A stretch of DNA of 14,325 bases from Armatimonadia bacterium (GTDB taxonomy: Bacteria; Armatimonadota; Zipacnadia; Zipacnadales; UBA11051): contig JBDKRC010000256.1 in NCBI GenBank assembly GCA_039683575.1, positions 1-14,325 of the forward strand. Reading direction: 5' to 3'. Below, one piece after another: positions 1 through 7,928 of the stretch. A program made the translations under genes and the position numbers. The notes beneath the pieces were generated by a model. That model saw only the letters and a list, made by a program, of their open reading frames with translations, did no database searches and was not told where the DNA came from. Each line of letters starts with the position of its first letter. Position 1 is the first letter of the stretch.

Positions 1-264
1 GCGACTGAGGTCTCGCTCTCCCACGGTGGCCATGTGATGCCGCTGCGCTGGGCGGGACCTGACGAGGCCTATGTCGTTTGTGACAGCGTCAGGGTCGGGG
101 ACCGCCTGAATATGACCTATGCGCTGCCAGAGCTTGTGCAGAGCCACGCCCTGCGGTCTGTACCAGGCAAGGAGAAGCCGATGACGCTGCACTGGCGGGG
201 CAACGACCTGCTGGCGATGAGCCCCTCGGGCACTTATCTGCCCATGTTCGGCGTTAGAAGATGA
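1..264 (+). CDS. 3' fragment of a CDS entering from the left edge; function unknown, possibly the C-terminal beta-rich domain of a glycoside hydrolase-like protein
   Basis: Frame +1 is open from base 1 (ATEVSLSHGGHVMPLRW...) to TGA at 262-264 and is co-oriented with the downstream cluster. The tail (LHWRGNDLLAMSPSGTYLPMF) looks like real protein. The family assignment is only a guess from context. Confidence 0.65.
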   Translation, partial: ATEVSLSHGGHVMPLRWAGPDEAYVVCDSVRVGDRLNMTYALPELVQSHALRSVPGKEKPMTLHWRGNDLLAMSPSGTYLPMFGVRR

Positions 265-315
265 TGATGCTGCGGGTGAGTACCCCCTGCCGGCAGCGTC
301 AAGGAAGGAACCACT

Positions 316-1272
316 ATGAGCCTGAGACTTGTGAATTTCGTGCCAAAGACCTGGCCCGAAGCAGCACCACGCGTTGGCGCTTTGATTGAGAATGCCATTG
401 TTGATATCGCGGAGGCCTGCGAGGCCGCCGATAGTGACTGTGGTTGCGCCGGCTCAGTAGTTGACCTGCTCGCCTGCCCGGACTGTCTGCAGGCAGCGCG
501 TGAGGCGCTGGCCGAGGTGGGGCCAAACGTCGCAGCCCTGCCTTTGGCGGAGGCCATATTGCTGGCTCCCGTGATCCAGCCTGGCAAGCTGCTGTGTCTG
601 GCGGGCAACTACGAGGAGCATATCCGCGAGGGCAAGAACAAGGAACTCTCCGGCGAGGTGCACGCCTCGGACAAGGCCACACCGCGGGTCTTCATGAAGC
701 CCTCCACCAACACTGTCTGTGGGTCCGAGGCACCGGTTATCGTCGGGAAGACCTCGACCTTTGTGGACTACGAGGGTGAACTGGCGATCATCATCGGCAA
801 GCGTGGCAAGTATATCAAGGCCGCCGACGCCATGGACTACGTTGGCGGCGTGACCTGTCTGAATGACATCTCCGAGCGGCGACTGCACATCTGGGACCGC
901 CCCGAGACGCGCCAGTGGGATCGCTTCTTTGACTGGCTTAACGGCAAATGGTTCGACAATTCCGCCCCCATGGGCCCCTGCGCGGTGCCGCTGGCAGACA
1001 TCGGCGACCTCGGCAGTCTACGCCTGGTTACTCGCCTCAACGGCAAAGTCATGCAGGACGCGAGCACCGGGCAGATGATCTTCGGGGTGCCGGAGATAGT
1101 CGAGTACATTTCGCACATGGTCACACTTGAGCCAGGCGACGTCATCGCCACAGGCACGCCTGCAGGAGTGGGGCATTCCCAGGACATTGCGATGCATCCG
1201 GGGGACGTAGTCGAAGTCGAGATCGAGGGAATCGGCATCCTCCGCAATCCGGTCATCGCTGAAGAGGCCTGA
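316..1272 (+). CDS. Fumarylacetoacetate hydrolase (FAH) family protein
   Basis: Motifs PGKLLCLAGNYEEH, VFMKP, DYEGELAIIIGK, NDISER, GKWFD..PMGP, TLEPGDVIATGTPAGVG, VEVEIEGIGILRNPV. Purine-rich RBS AAGGAAGGAA (301-310) precedes the ATG. Confidence 0.95.
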   Translation: MSLRLVNFVPKTWPEAAPRVGALIENAIVDIAEACEAADSDCGCAGSVVDLLACPDCLQAAREALAEVGPNVAALPLAEAILLAPVIQPGKLLCLAGNYEEHIREGKNKELSGEVHASDKATPRVFMKPSTNTVCGSEAPVIVGKTSTFVDYEGELAIIIGKRGKYIKAADAMDYVGGVTCLNDISERRLHIWDRPETRQWDRFFDWLNGKWFDNSAPMGPCAVPLADIGDLGSLRLVTRLNGKVMQDASTGQMIFGVPEIVEYISHMVTLEPGDVIATGTPAGVGHSQDIAMHPGDVVEVEIEGIGILRNPVIAEEA

Positions 1273-1282
1273 GGTGATGTAT

Positions 1283-2584
1283 ATGCGTCATCGTCGACTT
1301 GCTGTTGCGCTCATTCTGCTGGTATGCATTTGCCTCACGGGGTGCGCGAAGAAGCCCCCCCCTTCAAGCGACAGCCTGGTCTTCATGGTGCGGGCGACCG
1401 CCGACCAGTTGAAGGTCTGGCAGGAAGCCGTAGACCTGTTCACAGAGCAATCCAAGATCAAAGTCACGCTCCAGAATGAGCCGTACGATACCTATTTCAG
1501 CAAGTTGCAGACGATGATCGCCGGGGGCACGCCGCCCGACGTGGTCTTCATGGAGTCCACGCGTTTCCCGGAGTTCGTCACCAAAAACACCCTGCTCAAC
1601 CTCACCCCGTACCTCCAGAAGGAGACTGAGTTCACTGGCACGGACTTCTATCCGGAAGCCTGGCAGTCATATCGCTACCAGGGCCAGCAGTACGGGCTGC
1701 CCAACGACATCGCAGTCCTCGGGCTGATGTACAACCAGGACCTGTTCGAGATCGACTTCGTGAAAGCCCCGACGACGAACTGGACGTGGAATGACTATCT
1801 GAAGGCCGCCCGGACGCTGACCAAAGACACCGACGAAGATGGACGCATAGACCAGTGGGGCACCACGGTCTGCCCGTGGTGGCAGGTGTTTGTCTGGCAG
1901 AATGGGGGAGAGTTGGTGGATAATGTCCAGCAGCCCACACGCTCGACTCTCGCCACCTCCGCAGCGCAGGGCGCGCTGCAGTTCCTGGCCGACCTCAGTC
2001 TCAAGCAGAAGGTGGCGCCGAGCGCTTCGCTAACCGAGAGCATGGGACGCTGCGAGGCCTTCACGGCTGGCAAGGTCGCCATGATCTATGCCGGCCATTG
2101 GGACTGCCCGCAGCTCAACAAGATGAAGGACAGCCGTTGGGAAGCCGCGCCACTACCCAGGGGCAAGCAGCAGGCCAACCTCGGGTTGGGCTCTGGCTAC
2201 TGCATCACCAGCGGCTCAAAGCGCGCCGATGACGCCTGGCAGTTCCTACTCTTCATGTCCGCGGGCGAAGGCCAGAAGAAGCTACTCAGCGCAGGCTTCT
2301 CAACGCCGGCAAATGAGGCTCTGGCCAACTCCGAGTACTTTGCCGGCGGGATGTCCGCCGGTCCCGGCGCCTTCCTGCAAGGCCTCAAGTTCATCCACCC
2401 GGTACCCTTCACTACTCGCTACACCGAGATAGCCACCATCTGGGACCAGGAACTGCAGCTTCTGTGGTCTGGTCAGGCCACGGTGCAGCAGGTGACCGCA
2501 AAGATCGACGAGCGGGTGAACAAGGTACTGTCTGAGGCTAATCCGGCAACTGCCTGGCTCCTGCCGCTGACGCCAAGAGGTTAG
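1283..2584 (+). CDS. Sugar ABC transporter substrate-binding lipoprotein (extracellular solute-binding protein family 1)
   Basis: Basic N-terminus, hydrophobic stretch and lipobox LTG-C. Motifs KLQTMIAGGTPPDV, YGLP.D, LMYNQDLF, WTWNDY, F..GKVAM, plus a DTDEDG loop. ATG 1283 chosen because GAGGTG (1271-1276) lies 6 nt upstream; the ORF track starts at GTG 1274. Confidence 0.93.
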   Translation: MRHRRLAVALILLVCICLTGCAKKPPPSSDSLVFMVRATADQLKVWQEAVDLFTEQSKIKVTLQNEPYDTYFSKLQTMIAGGTPPDVVFMESTRFPEFVTKNTLLNLTPYLQKETEFTGTDFYPEAWQSYRYQGQQYGLPNDIAVLGLMYNQDLFEIDFVKAPTTNWTWNDYLKAARTLTKDTDEDGRIDQWGTTVCPWWQVFVWQNGGELVDNVQQPTRSTLATSAAQGALQFLADLSLKQKVAPSASLTESMGRCEAFTAGKVAMIYAGHWDCPQLNKMKDSRWEAAPLPRGKQQANLGLGSGYCITSGSKRADDAWQFLLFMSAGEGQKKLLSAGFSTPANEALANSEYFAGGMSAGPGAFLQGLKFIHPVPFTTRYTEIATIWDQELQLLWSGQATVQQVTAKIDERVNKVLSEANPATAWLLPLTPRG

Positions 2585-2634
2585 CAGACCGGCCACGGGA
2601 GGTATTGCGGCGAGTCGCAGTGAACCAACGCAGC

Positions 2635-3978
2635 ATGAACGTCATCGTGATCGTCTCGGACACCTGCCGGCAGGATCACCTCGGCTGCTATGGCAACGAG
2701 TGGATGCACACCGAGAGCCTCGACCGCCTGGCGAGCCAGTCCGTCATCTTCGACAACTGCTATGCCGCCTCGCTGCCAACCCTCCCGCACCGGGCTGACT
2801 GCTTCCTCGGCAAGCTCTCCTGCCCAAGCTTCGGCTGGGGGCCAATGCCGCGCGAAGGCAGCACCCTCGCCGAACTGCTCACCCAGGCCGGCTATACTAC
2901 CCAACTCATCCACGATACGCCCCACCTGACGGCGAAGGGCCACTACTACGAGCGAGGCTTCCAGGGCTACCACTGGGTGCGCGGTCAGGAAGGCGACTGT
3001 CCTTTCACGCGTGCCAATGACGTCCCGCCGATGGACTGGCCCACGTCCAAGGACCGTTACGACGAGCCTCTGTATTACAACCACATGCTCCAGCGCCTGG
3101 ACCATCCCGGCGAGCTTGGCCACCACAGCGCCCGCACGGTAAAGGAGGCCTGCCGGTGGCTGGAGACCAACCACGAAGCCGAGCGCTTCATGCTCTGGGT
3201 GGATCTCTTTGACCCACACGAACCGTGGGACGCGCCCGACTGGTTCACGAGTCTGTACTATCCCGGCGACTTCCCCCCTGACCTTGTTCGCCACCCGCGC
3301 TACGACTACACCGACTTTCTCACTGCTGAGGAACTGCAGTGGTGCCATGCGGCGTACTGTGGCGAGTTGACCCTCGTAGACAAGTGGATCGGCGTACTCC
3401 TACGCAAAATCGAGGACCTCGGGCTTTTTGCCGACACTGCGGTCATCTTCACCTCCGACCACGGCTTCTACCTTGGCGAACACGGCCGCATCGGCAAGAG
3501 CGGCACGGCAGACGACCCGTGGCCGTTGTACGAGGAGATCATCAAGGAGCCCCTGCTAATCCGACTGCCCGATGGCCCGCGCGGCGTGCGTCAGAACCCA
3601 CTCGTTCAGCCCCTCGACCTTCGGCCGACGATACTGGACCTGTGCGAGGTCCCAGACGACCAGCGCGGCCATGGCAAGAGCCTCGCGAACATACTCAATG
3701 GTGAGGATGTGCGCCTGCGAGAGATCGCCATCTCGGGCGGCTGCCTGCTCGACCGGGAACGCAGCGGGGTGACAGTGACCGTTACGCATGAAGACGGCTG
3801 GGCGCTTGTAATGGGGCCGACGGACGCCGAAAATGAACTGTACTATCTGCCCGATGACCCTCGCCAGATGCGCAATGTCATCAGAGACAATGAAATGACC
3901 GTGCTCGAGATCCAAGCCATGTTCCGCATGGCGTTGACCTTCCTGGACGTTCCGCCAGAGGTCGTCAAGCAGTGGTAG
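2635..3978 (+). CDS. Sulfatase-like hydrolase (alkaline phosphatase superfamily) with a T-x-P-x-R motif
   Basis: MNVIVIVSDTCRQDHLGCYG, FDNCYAASLPTLPHR, FDPHEPWD, YCGELTLVDKWIG, VIFTSDHGFYLGEHG, LYEE..KEPLLIR, ELY....DP....N. Start is uncertain (TTG 2605, GTG 2620 or ATG 2635). No signal peptide seen. Confidence 0.9.
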   Translation: MNVIVIVSDTCRQDHLGCYGNEWMHTESLDRLASQSVIFDNCYAASLPTLPHRADCFLGKLSCPSFGWGPMPREGSTLAELLTQAGYTTQLIHDTPHLTAKGHYYERGFQGYHWVRGQEGDCPFTRANDVPPMDWPTSKDRYDEPLYYNHMLQRLDHPGELGHHSARTVKEACRWLETNHEAERFMLWVDLFDPHEPWDAPDWFTSLYYPGDFPPDLVRHPRYDYTDFLTAEELQWCHAAYCGELTLVDKWIGVLLRKIEDLGLFADTAVIFTSDHGFYLGEHGRIGKSGTADDPWPLYEEIIKEPLLIRLPDGPRGVRQNPLVQPLDLRPTILDLCEVPDDQRGHGKSLANILNGEDVRLREIAISGGCLLDRERSGVTVTVTHEDGWALVMGPTDAENELYYLPDDPRQMRNVIRDNEMTVLEIQAMFRMALTFLDVPPEVVKQW

Positions 3979-4018
3979 TAGCCGACCGGACGCTTTCCAT
4001 ATCACGCAGGAGACCACC

Positions 4019-5116
4019 ATGCATAGGCTCGTAGCCGAACTTCCGGACCTGTTTCAGTTCAACGACGGCAACCGTCTGCAGAGGCCTGAAGACTGGCCTC
4101 GCCGCCGCGACGAGACCATGGAGGCGATACTGTCTACCGAGTATGGCCATCTGCCCCCGCAGCCAGCGGGGATACGTGCGGAGGACCTGCACCCGTCGGC
4201 GGTGAAGCGCTTTGGTGGCGCCCGCTATATGCAGTACCGCCTGGTAATCGAGGGTGGCAAGCAGCCATTCTGGTTCATCGTTCAGCTACTCGTCCCAACC
4301 GGTGACGGCCCTTTCCCGGTCGTCATCAATGGCGACCTGTGCTGGCGCTATGCGACCGACGAAGTGATCATGGAAGTATTGGGACGCGGCTACGCCCTTG
4401 CCCTTTTCAACCGGACTGAGATCGTCCCTGACAACTATCGCAGCGAACGCGACACGGCGCTGTACCTGACCTATCCTGAGGGGGATTTCGGTGCCCTTGC
4501 GGCCTGGGCATGGGGGTACCACCGCGTGGTGGATTTCCTGCTCACGCAAGACTTCATTGATCCGGAACGGATAGCGGTCGTGGGGCATTCAAGAGGCGGC
4601 AAGTGCGTGCTGCTGGCTGGCGCGACCGACGAGCGCATCGCGGTCACGGCTCCCAATGACTCCGGCTGCGGGGGAGCGGGGTGCTATCGCTGGCATGGTG
4701 AGGGATGTGAGAAGGTCGAGGACATCATGCGCCCGGTGCCGTACTGGTTCACGCCGCACCTGGCGGACTACATCGGCAACGAGGGTGCAATGCCATTCGA
4801 CCAGCACAGCCTCAAGGCGCTGGTGGCGCCGCGGCCGCTGGTCTCAACTGAGGCCCTGGGGGACCTGTGGGCCAACCCCACCGGCACCTACCAGACCTTC
4901 GACGCCGCTCGCGAGGTCTATCGCTGTCTGGGAGTAGAGGACCGCATCGGCATCTGGTATCGCGAGGGCGAGCATAGCCACGGTATCGAGGACTGGAGAG
5001 CTTTCCTGGACTTTACCGACCTGCAACTCAGGGGCATTCAAACAGAACGGTCCTTCACCGACAACCCGTTCCCCGAGATGGCCCGGGCGTTCAGTTGGTC
5101 GGCTCCAGGCAAGTGA
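4019..5116 (+). CDS. CE15 / glucuronoyl esterase-like alpha/beta hydrolase
   Basis: Nucleophile elbow GHSRGGK, GALAAWAWG, DERIA...NDSGCGG, PFDQHSLKALVAPRP, GDLWANP, REGEH. RBS AGGAG upstream. No signal peptide seen. Confidence 0.9.
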   Translation: MHRLVAELPDLFQFNDGNRLQRPEDWPRRRDETMEAILSTEYGHLPPQPAGIRAEDLHPSAVKRFGGARYMQYRLVIEGGKQPFWFIVQLLVPTGDGPFPVVINGDLCWRYATDEVIMEVLGRGYALALFNRTEIVPDNYRSERDTALYLTYPEGDFGALAAWAWGYHRVVDFLLTQDFIDPERIAVVGHSRGGKCVLLAGATDERIAVTAPNDSGCGGAGCYRWHGEGCEKVEDIMRPVPYWFTPHLADYIGNEGAMPFDQHSLKALVAPRPLVSTEALGDLWANPTGTYQTFDAAREVYRCLGVEDRIGIWYREGEHSHGIEDWRAFLDFTDLQLRGIQTERSFTDNPFPEMARAFSWSAPGK

Positions 5117-5126
5117 GCGGATACGG

Positions 5127-5158
5127 AAATGGGAGGGGCCGCGAAGCCCCTCCCATTT
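5127..5158. terminator. Probable bidirectional intrinsic terminator
   Basis: Perfect 13-bp inverted repeat AAATGGGAGGGGC (5127-5139) / GCCCCTCCCATTT (5146-5158) with a 6-nt loop, lying between the convergent CE15 and pdxT stops. Confidence 0.8.
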
Positions 5159-5182
5159 GAGAAGGCTGAAGTGGGGGAGAGT

Positions 5183-5776
5183 CTAACCTTCCTCCACCAT
5201 CTTCAGGAAATACCGCTGTACCCGCCGGTCGTCTGTCAACTCGGGATGGAACGCGATGCCCAGCAACCGTCCCTGGCGCGCCGCAACGATCTTGTCGCGG
5301 TAGACTGATAGCACCTCGACGCCCTCGCCTACGGACTCGATGTATGGCCCGCGGATGAATACCGCGCGCGTCTCCCCGTCCTCAAGCCCCTTCACCGGCA
5401 GATCGGTCTCAAAGCTGTCTACCTGCCGCCCGAAGGCATTGCGCTTGACCCGGACGTCCATCAGGCCGAGGCGCTGCTGCTCGGGCCGGTCGGCGATGTC
5501 TTTGGCCATGTAGATAAGCCCCGCACACGTGCCCCAGATCGCCATGCCCTTCTCGTACTGCTTGATGATCGCCTGGTCCAGCCCAAAGCGCTCGCAGAGC
5601 TTGCCGATGGTGGTCGACTCGCCGCCGGGGATGATAAGCCCATCCAGCGTCTCAATCTGGGCCACGGTCTTGACGGCGAAGGCCTCAGCGCCTTCGACCT
5701 CATTCATCGCGGCAATATGTTCAGCGAAATCGCCCTGAATGGCGAGTACTCCGATGCGTTTCATCTGGTCGGTCAT
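5183..5776 (-). CDS. pdxT: Pyridoxal 5'-phosphate synthase glutaminase subunit
   Basis: IGVLAIQGDF.EH, IIPGGESTT, WGTCAG (catalytic Cys), RNAFGRQVDSFE, AVFIR.P, FHPELT (His/Glu). Start is probably ATG 5776 (or 5764), not 5863. Confidence 0.97.
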   Translation of the reverse strand: MTDQMKRIGVLAIQGDFAEHIAAMNEVEGAEAFAVKTVAQIETLDGLIIPGGESTTIGKLCERFGLDQAIIKQYEKGMAIWGTCAGLIYMAKDIADRPEQQRLGLMDVRVKRNAFGRQVDSFETDLPVKGLEDGETRAVFIRGPYIESVGEGVEVLSVYRDKIVAARQGRLLGIAFHPELTDDRRVQRYFLKMVEEG

Positions 5777-5801
5777 CTTCTTTCTGTATGGGTGCAACGA
5801 C

Positions 5802-5826
5802 AAACCGGCCCGGGAGGGGCCGGCTT
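5802..5826 (-). terminator. GC-rich hairpin between the HEPN gene and pdxT; possible terminator or mRNA-stability element
   Basis: The minus strand reads AAGCCGGCCC-CTCCC-GGGCCGGTTT, a 10-bp stem with one G-U pair. The U-tract is short. Confidence 0.45.
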
Positions 5827-5875
5827 GGGAGCAGTTCGTGCTCACGCCGTTAGCTATAGTCATTCCGCAAGCGCA

Positions 5876-6277
5876 TCACCCCGATAGTGCGCTGATCACA
5901 TAATCGAGCACGTGGTGGGCGTGCTGTGTCGCCTCATCGGGTGGCAGGAAATCGGCGTCCGAGGCTTCTACTGGGTAACGCGGATCAACGGCCAACGCTT
6001 GCAGCGCTTGGCACGGTTCAGCAAGTTCTTCGAACTGCGGCTTGAGGTCAACGCATAGTCCCAGCAGGAGGATGAGATCATGGGTCCTTGGGGGACGCAC
6101 GTCAGCCCACTGCAGGAAGGCCTTCAGGGCCTTTTCGGCAGCCTGTTGGCAGTGGAACAGGATGACTTCTGAGAAAGCCTCCTGATCCTGGTTGAGTACC
6201 TCCGCAGCCGAGAGGTCTTGCGTGGCCTTATCCAGCCACGCCTGCGCCAGTTCGCGCCGTGCTTGCGGTTCGCTCAT
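5876..6277 (-). CDS. HEPN domain protein (partner of a minimal nucleotidyltransferase)
   Basis: WLDKA..DL..A, FHCQQAAEKALKAFL, PPRTHDL..L, ..RYP, typical of stand-alone HEPN proteins. Lies directly downstream of, and overlaps, the MNT gene. Confidence 0.93.
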   Translation of the reverse strand: MSEPQARRELAQAWLDKATQDLSAAEVLNQDQEAFSEVILFHCQQAAEKALKAFLQWADVRPPRTHDLILLLGLCVDLKPQFEELAEPCQALQALAVDPRYPVEASDADFLPPDEATQHAHHVLDYVISALSG

Positions 6278-6590
6278 AGACTACGCGACCTGTCTCTTCA
6301 ATGATTGAGGGAAATGAACTCCATACCTGGCGAAAGTAGCGCCATCGTTCAGGCGTGAATAGCACCAAATCTACTGGTAGACGCAGGTGACGAAGGCTCC
6401 ACAGTATCTGCCCAATGACCTTGTGTCGGGATTCACTTGTTTGGGCAACAATGGCAATATCCACATCGCTATCCGGCCCTGCCTCGCCACGCGCATAGGA
6501 CCCGAAGAGGATGATCCTCTCCGGGTCCAGTACCTTCACAATCTGCTCGACGATGGCGTCGAGGGCTTGCGGGTCAAGTTGATGCTTCAT
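6228..6590 (-). CDS. Minimal nucleotidyltransferase (MNT) domain protein
   Basis: PERIILFGSYARG...DSDVDI (Pol-beta superfamily GS...DxD), PVDLVL, G.VVYE. Overlaps the HEPN start by 50 nt. Confidence 0.93.
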   Translation of the reverse strand: MKHQLDPQALDAIVEQIVKVLDPERIILFGSYARGEAGPDSDVDIAIVAQTSESRHKVIGQILWSLRHLRLPVDLVLFTPERWRYFRQVWSSFPSIIEETGRVVYERTASTARTGAGVAG

Positions 6591-6840
6591 CTTGTCGCCT
6601 GCGCACGCTCAGCCGCCAGCCGAAGAAGGCGCCAGCGGCAAAGCCGGTACCCATCAGCAGGAGCAGCGCAGTTGGCGAAGGACCGATGCCGGCTGCTCCT
6701 GCCATTTCCTCCTGCGCATGAACGTACTGCATGAACTGATGTACTGCGATGAACCAGATGACGATCCAGGCCGCAAAGCCCAGCATCGCGCCGAGAAAGG
6801 CTGACGCAGCGGTCGTCACTGCCGGGCTCTCGTGGCGCAT
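6574..6840 (-). CDS. Small hypothetical membrane protein (88 aa, 2 predicted TM helices)
   Basis: Two hydrophobic segments (AFLGAMLGFAAWIVIWFIAV; LLLLMGTGFAAGAFFGW) and a basic tail RRR. Starts 8 nt after the pdxS stop with AGGA upstream and overlaps the MNT start by 17 nt, exactly filling the gap. Confidence 0.7.
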   Translation of the reverse strand: MRHESPAVTTAASAFLGAMLGFAAWIVIWFIAVHQFMQYVHAQEEMAGAAGIGPSPTALLLLMGTGFAAGAFFGWRLSVRRRQDEAST

Positions 6841-6848
6841 CTGTATTC

Positions 6849-7733
6849 CTACCAGCCCCGGTTCGCCATCCGCTCTTCATCGGGCATGTTGCGGACGTCG
6901 AGACCGGGCATGGCGCCCTTGAGCCCACGGCAGGCCTTCGCTACTTCGGCCGGGTCACTGTAGTATGTGGCCGCATGGACGATAGCCTTCGCGCGCGCCT
7001 CGGGGTCCTCGCTCTTGAAGATCCCGCTGCCCACGAAGATGGCCTCGGCGCCAAGCTGCATCATCAGCGCAGCGTCCGCGGGGGTCGCGATACCGCCGGC
7101 CGAGAAGTTCGGCACCGGCATTTTGCCCGTCTCAGCGATCTGCTTGACCAGCTCGAACGGGGCCGCGAGGTTCTTGCTCTCGGTCATGAGTTCCTCGACG
7201 CGAAGCTGCGTCAGGTGCTTCATCTCGGTCATGACGGTGCGCATGTGGCGCGTGGCCTCGACGATGTTGCCGCTGCCAGCCTCGCCCTTGGTGCGGATCA
7301 TGGCCGCGCCCTCACCGATGCGCCGCAGCGCCTCGGCCAGGCAGGTGCAGCCGCACACGAACGGGACTTTGAAGTCGTGCTTCCAGATATGGAACTGCTC
7401 GTCGGCGGGGGTGAGGACTTCGCTCTCGTCAATGAAGTCCACGCCAACGGACTCGAGAACCTGCGCCTCCGCGAAATGACCGATGCGCGCCTTGGCCATG
7501 ACAGGAATGGTCACGACCTCCATGATCTTCTCGATCACGGACAAGTCGGCCATGCGGGCGACGCCGCCGTCCTTGCGAATGTCGGAGGGCACGCGCTCGA
7601 GCGCCATTACTGACACCGCGCCGGCGTCCTCAGCGATCTTCGCCTGCTCGGGGGTGGTCACATCCATGATCACGCCGCCCCGCAGCATCTCCGCCAGCCC
7701 CACTTTGTTCCGCCATGTTGAAACATCCGTCAC
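6849..7733 (-). CDS. pdxS: Pyridoxal 5'-phosphate synthase lyase subunit
   Basis: [88 protein letters not shown]-terminal RGW. GTG start with AGGAGG SD. Confidence 0.98.
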   Translation of the reverse strand: MTDVSTWRNKVGLAEMLRGGVIMDVTTPEQAKIAEDAGAVSVMALERVPSDIRKDGGVARMADLSVIEKIMEVVTIPVMAKARIGHFAEAQVLESVGVDFIDESEVLTPADEQFHIWKHDFKVPFVCGCTCLAEALRRIGEGAAMIRTKGEAGSGNIVEATRHMRTVMTEMKHLTQLRVEELMTESKNLAAPFELVKQIAETGKMPVPNFSAGGIATPADAALMMQLGAEAIFVGSGIFKSEDPEARAKAIVHAATYYSDPAEVAKACRGLKGAMPGLDVRNMPDEERMANRGW

Positions 7734-7845
7734 GATCTATCGCCTCCTGGCAAATAAGCACCAAACAAGCCCGGCACTCAGCGTCTATGCCGGTCAGCGG
7801 CTCGCCGAACCGCCGCAGGATCGGGCTTTGTTATCTAGCAAGCAC

Positions 7846-7874
7846 AGTTTACCCCAAAAGGTTCCCACTGGCAA
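7846..7874 (-). promoter_or_regulatory. Sigma70-type promoter for the pdxS operon
   Basis: Minus strand TTGCCA (7874-7869), 17-nt spacer, TAAACT (7851-7846). Predicts a start near 7839 and a ~105-nt 5' UTR. Confidence 0.7.
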
Positions 7875-7896
7875 TAGAGCATCAATGTGCTACAAT
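7868..7896 (+). promoter_or_regulatory. Extended -10 promoter for the + strand GT-C-like gene
   Basis: TG-C-TACAAT at 7888-7896, with a weak -35 CTGGCA (7868-7873) at 17-nt spacing that overlaps the -35 of the divergent pdxS promoter. Confidence 0.55.
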
Positions 7897-7928
7897 CGCT
7901 CTATCAAGTACTTGAGGTCGCGTCAACG

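Noticed and set aside
5777-5863. N-terminal extension of PdxT
   Set aside because: PdxT homology begins at MKRIGVLA, and the extension crosses an intergenic hairpin.
7760-7835. TPP riboswitch in the pdxS leader, suggested by GCUGAG on the minus strand
   Set aside because: No CUGAGA, CCUGAU or UAAU...GCGnAGG elements.
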